DNA of 39,502 nt, from the NCBI GenBank assembly GCA_035300625.1, contig DATGVG010000193.1:1-39502 (forward strand), given 5' to 3'. This stretch comes from Candidatus Limnocylindrales bacterium (lineage in GTDB: Bacteria; Eisenbacteria; RBG-16-71-46; SZUA-252). A program made the position numbers and the translations under genes. Below, in pieces: positions 37,957 to 39,502 of the stretch (the first letter of the stretch is position 1; every line of letters starts with the position of its first letter). The notes under the pieces were generated by a model. It saw only the letters and a list, made by a program, of their open reading frames with translations, was not told the origin of the DNA and ran no database searches.

Positions 37957-39501
37957 CTACGGCAAGAGCGCGATCTGCTTGCCGAGCGTGAGCTCGACGC
38001 CTCCCTCGGTATCGTGGGTGCCGAGGGGTCTTCGATGCCAGATCCGTTCCAGGCGCCCCTGGATCGAGAGCGCCGCGTCGCCCAGCCCGGGGAGGCGGAG
38101 GAGCGAGATCTGGAGGCGCCCGCCCAGCCGGTCCTCGCGCGTGCCGTGAAGCTCGTAGTCGCGACTGGAGTAGGAGACGAGCGGGGCGACGAGGAGTCGC
38201 CGCGGCGATGCCTCCCACCGCGCTTCCAGCGAGCTCAGGATGGTGAGGTCGCGCGCGCGGAGATCGCGGTTCTCGTCGCGCTCGATGCCGGCCGAGATGG
38301 TGCTGGTCACCCGCCCCGGATGGCGGCGCACCGAGACGACCGAGCCCGCAAGCACCCGCCGCCTGGCGTTCACGCCCTTCGAGTCATCGTACGTGCCCGC
38401 GTCGAAATGGGCCGTTGTCCGTCCCCCCAGCGGCTCGGAGGCAGTGAAATCGGTCGCGATCCGTGTCTGCGTGAAGTCGGTCTGGGACCCCTTCTGCCGA
38501 ATCCGGATCAGGGACGGCGTGACCCAGCTGTCCTGGTTCAGGGAGAACGAAGCCCCGGCGGTGAGGCGCTCGGCGGTGACCGCTGGCGCGCCCGACGACG
38601 TGTCCTCCGGGCGCTCGCGCCGATAGCCCGCGAAGGCCTGCCAGCGAAGCACCGGGCGCGCCAGGTCCAGGGCGAAGCCCCGGCGGTCGGAAATCGCGTA
38701 CGGGTTCAAGGCCGTGGCAAGCCCGGGCTGGTAGCGGAACGCCTCGGCGCGCGCTTTGAATCGGGCCGCGGTCCCCGAAAGCTCGCCGCGCATGCCGGTC
38801 CGGGTGCGTCCCGTCTCGACTCCCGCGATCGCGCGGTGGCGCACGCTCGCCGCGTCCGCGACCAGCGTCCAGTCCCTGGCGAAGAGTAGCGTGGCCGCGC
38901 CGCCGTACACGGCCCTGGCCCGCACCGCGGTTTCGACCCCGCCCAGCGTGGGGTCCTCGTGGGTGTAGCCGCCGTACAAAGAGGCGCGCAGCCGGTCCCG
39001 CATCAGGACGCGCGACAGGCGCGCGGCGTAGAGATCCGAGCGAAGCTCGCGAAGCGGCCCCCCCGCCGAGCGCGGCCGGGAATCGAGTGCGGCGTACCCC
39101 TCGAAAGTGCCGAGCCTGTCGTCGCTCAGGACCGCCTGGGCGCCGCGCCGCGGCAGCGGGCTCGCGAAGATCGGCGCGCCCGCGGCGAGCGAGGGTGCCA
39201 GGTCTCCCCACTCGACCGTAGCGCGCGACGCTCGGTAGCGCACGAGGAGCTGCTCGGGCGAGGCGCTTCCGTTCTTCGGATCGTCGAAGCGCACTCGGCT
39301 GGTGACCCGGGCCTCCAGCGCACGGGTCGGCGAGAGCGCGAGATTCGCGCGCCAGGCGGCCCAGCCTGTCGCCGAGGATTCCTCCGACCGGAAGCGGGAG
39401 CGGGTGTCGGCGAGCCAGGTGGCCTGGAGGTGGAGACGCGACGAGTCGCTGGTCGCCGCCGCGGGGAGCGCTCCTCCCTGGGGCGGGCTCAAGCCGCTGG
39501 C
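37957..39501 (-). CDS. Putative outer-membrane beta-barrel-like protein (5-prime end probably outside the window)
   Basis: ORF of more than 511 aa, open to the window edge. It has many amphipathic alternating-residue segments of beta-strand length separated by short polar turns (for example AERLTAGASFSLNQ and RVTSTISAGIERDE). No family is recognised and there is no terminal aromatic residue. Confidence 0.45.
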   Translation of the reverse strand, partial: ASGLSPPQGGALPAAATSDSSRLHLQATWLADTRSRFRSEESSATGWAAWRANLALSPTRALEARVTSRVRFDDPKNGSASPEQLLVRYRASRATVEWGDLAPSLAAGAPIFASPLPRRGAQAVLSDDRLGTFEGYAALDSRPRSAGGPLRELRSDLYAARLSRVLMRDRLRASLYGGYTHEDPTLGGVETAVRARAVYGGAATLLFARDWTLVADAASVRHRAIAGVETGRTRTGMRGELSGTAARFKARAEAFRYQPGLATALNPYAISDRRGFALDLARPVLRWQAFAGYRRERPEDTSSGAPAVTAERLTAGASFSLNQDSWVTPSLIRIRQKGSQTDFTQTRIATDFTASEPLGGRTTAHFDAGTYDDSKGVNARRRVLAGSVVSVRRHPGRVTSTISAGIERDENRDLRARDLTILSSLEARWEASPRRLLVAPLVSYSSRDYELHGTREDRLGGRLQISLLRLPGLGDAALSIQGRLERIWHRRPLGTHDTEGGVELTLGKQIALLP

Positions 39502-39502
39502 C

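Noticed and set aside
37730-38218. 399-aa version of the lipoprotein ORF 37019-38218(-)
   Set aside because: The upstream 163 codons are Arg/Pro-rich and overlap the 3-prime end of the beta-barrel-like gene. ATG 37729 has a good SD and is followed immediately by a signal peptide and lipobox.

Overview
GC-rich bacterial chromosomal window centred on the replication-origin gene cluster. A minus-strand operon rpmH-rnpA-yidD-yidC-khpB(jag)-mnmE-mnmG-rsmG (759-8021) diverges from a plus-strand block dnaA-dnaN-recF-DUF721(DciA-like)-gyrB-gyrA-rex-eamA (8412-19015). A perfect parS site lies just downstream of rsmG. Consensus DnaA boxes lie upstream of dnaA. The dnaA-dnaN spacer is visibly less GC-rich and looks like oriC.

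The right half encodes mostly envelope and proteolysis functions:
- a lipoprotein, a truncated crcB remnant and a class-III aminotransferase;
- an M23 peptidase with SLH-like repeats, an S11 DD-peptidase, a secreted PDZ protein and a beta-helix protein;
- a fused double M16 peptidase and an RlmD-type methyltransferase;
- a cupredoxin-like protein followed by an orphan sensor histidine kinase, then Lon;
- a minus-strand trio of beta-barrel-like protein, lipoprotein and small membrane protein.

Most of the window is ordinary housekeeping DNA. The least explained part is an AT-rich, otherwise gene-free island between the kinase and lon (about 33345-33900). It holds two tandem 23-codon hydrophobic sORFs that differ almost only at synonymous sites. 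Other notable points:
- Rex appears to start at a CTG directly after, and in frame with, the gyrA TAG stop.
- A ~108-bp palindrome-rich tandem repeat sits where parAB normally lies.
- rpmH (GTG start, 44 codons) is missing from the ORF track.
- Lon carries a strongly basic C-terminal tail.

All coordinates and homology calls come from reading the sequence and the supplied translations. No database search was run.
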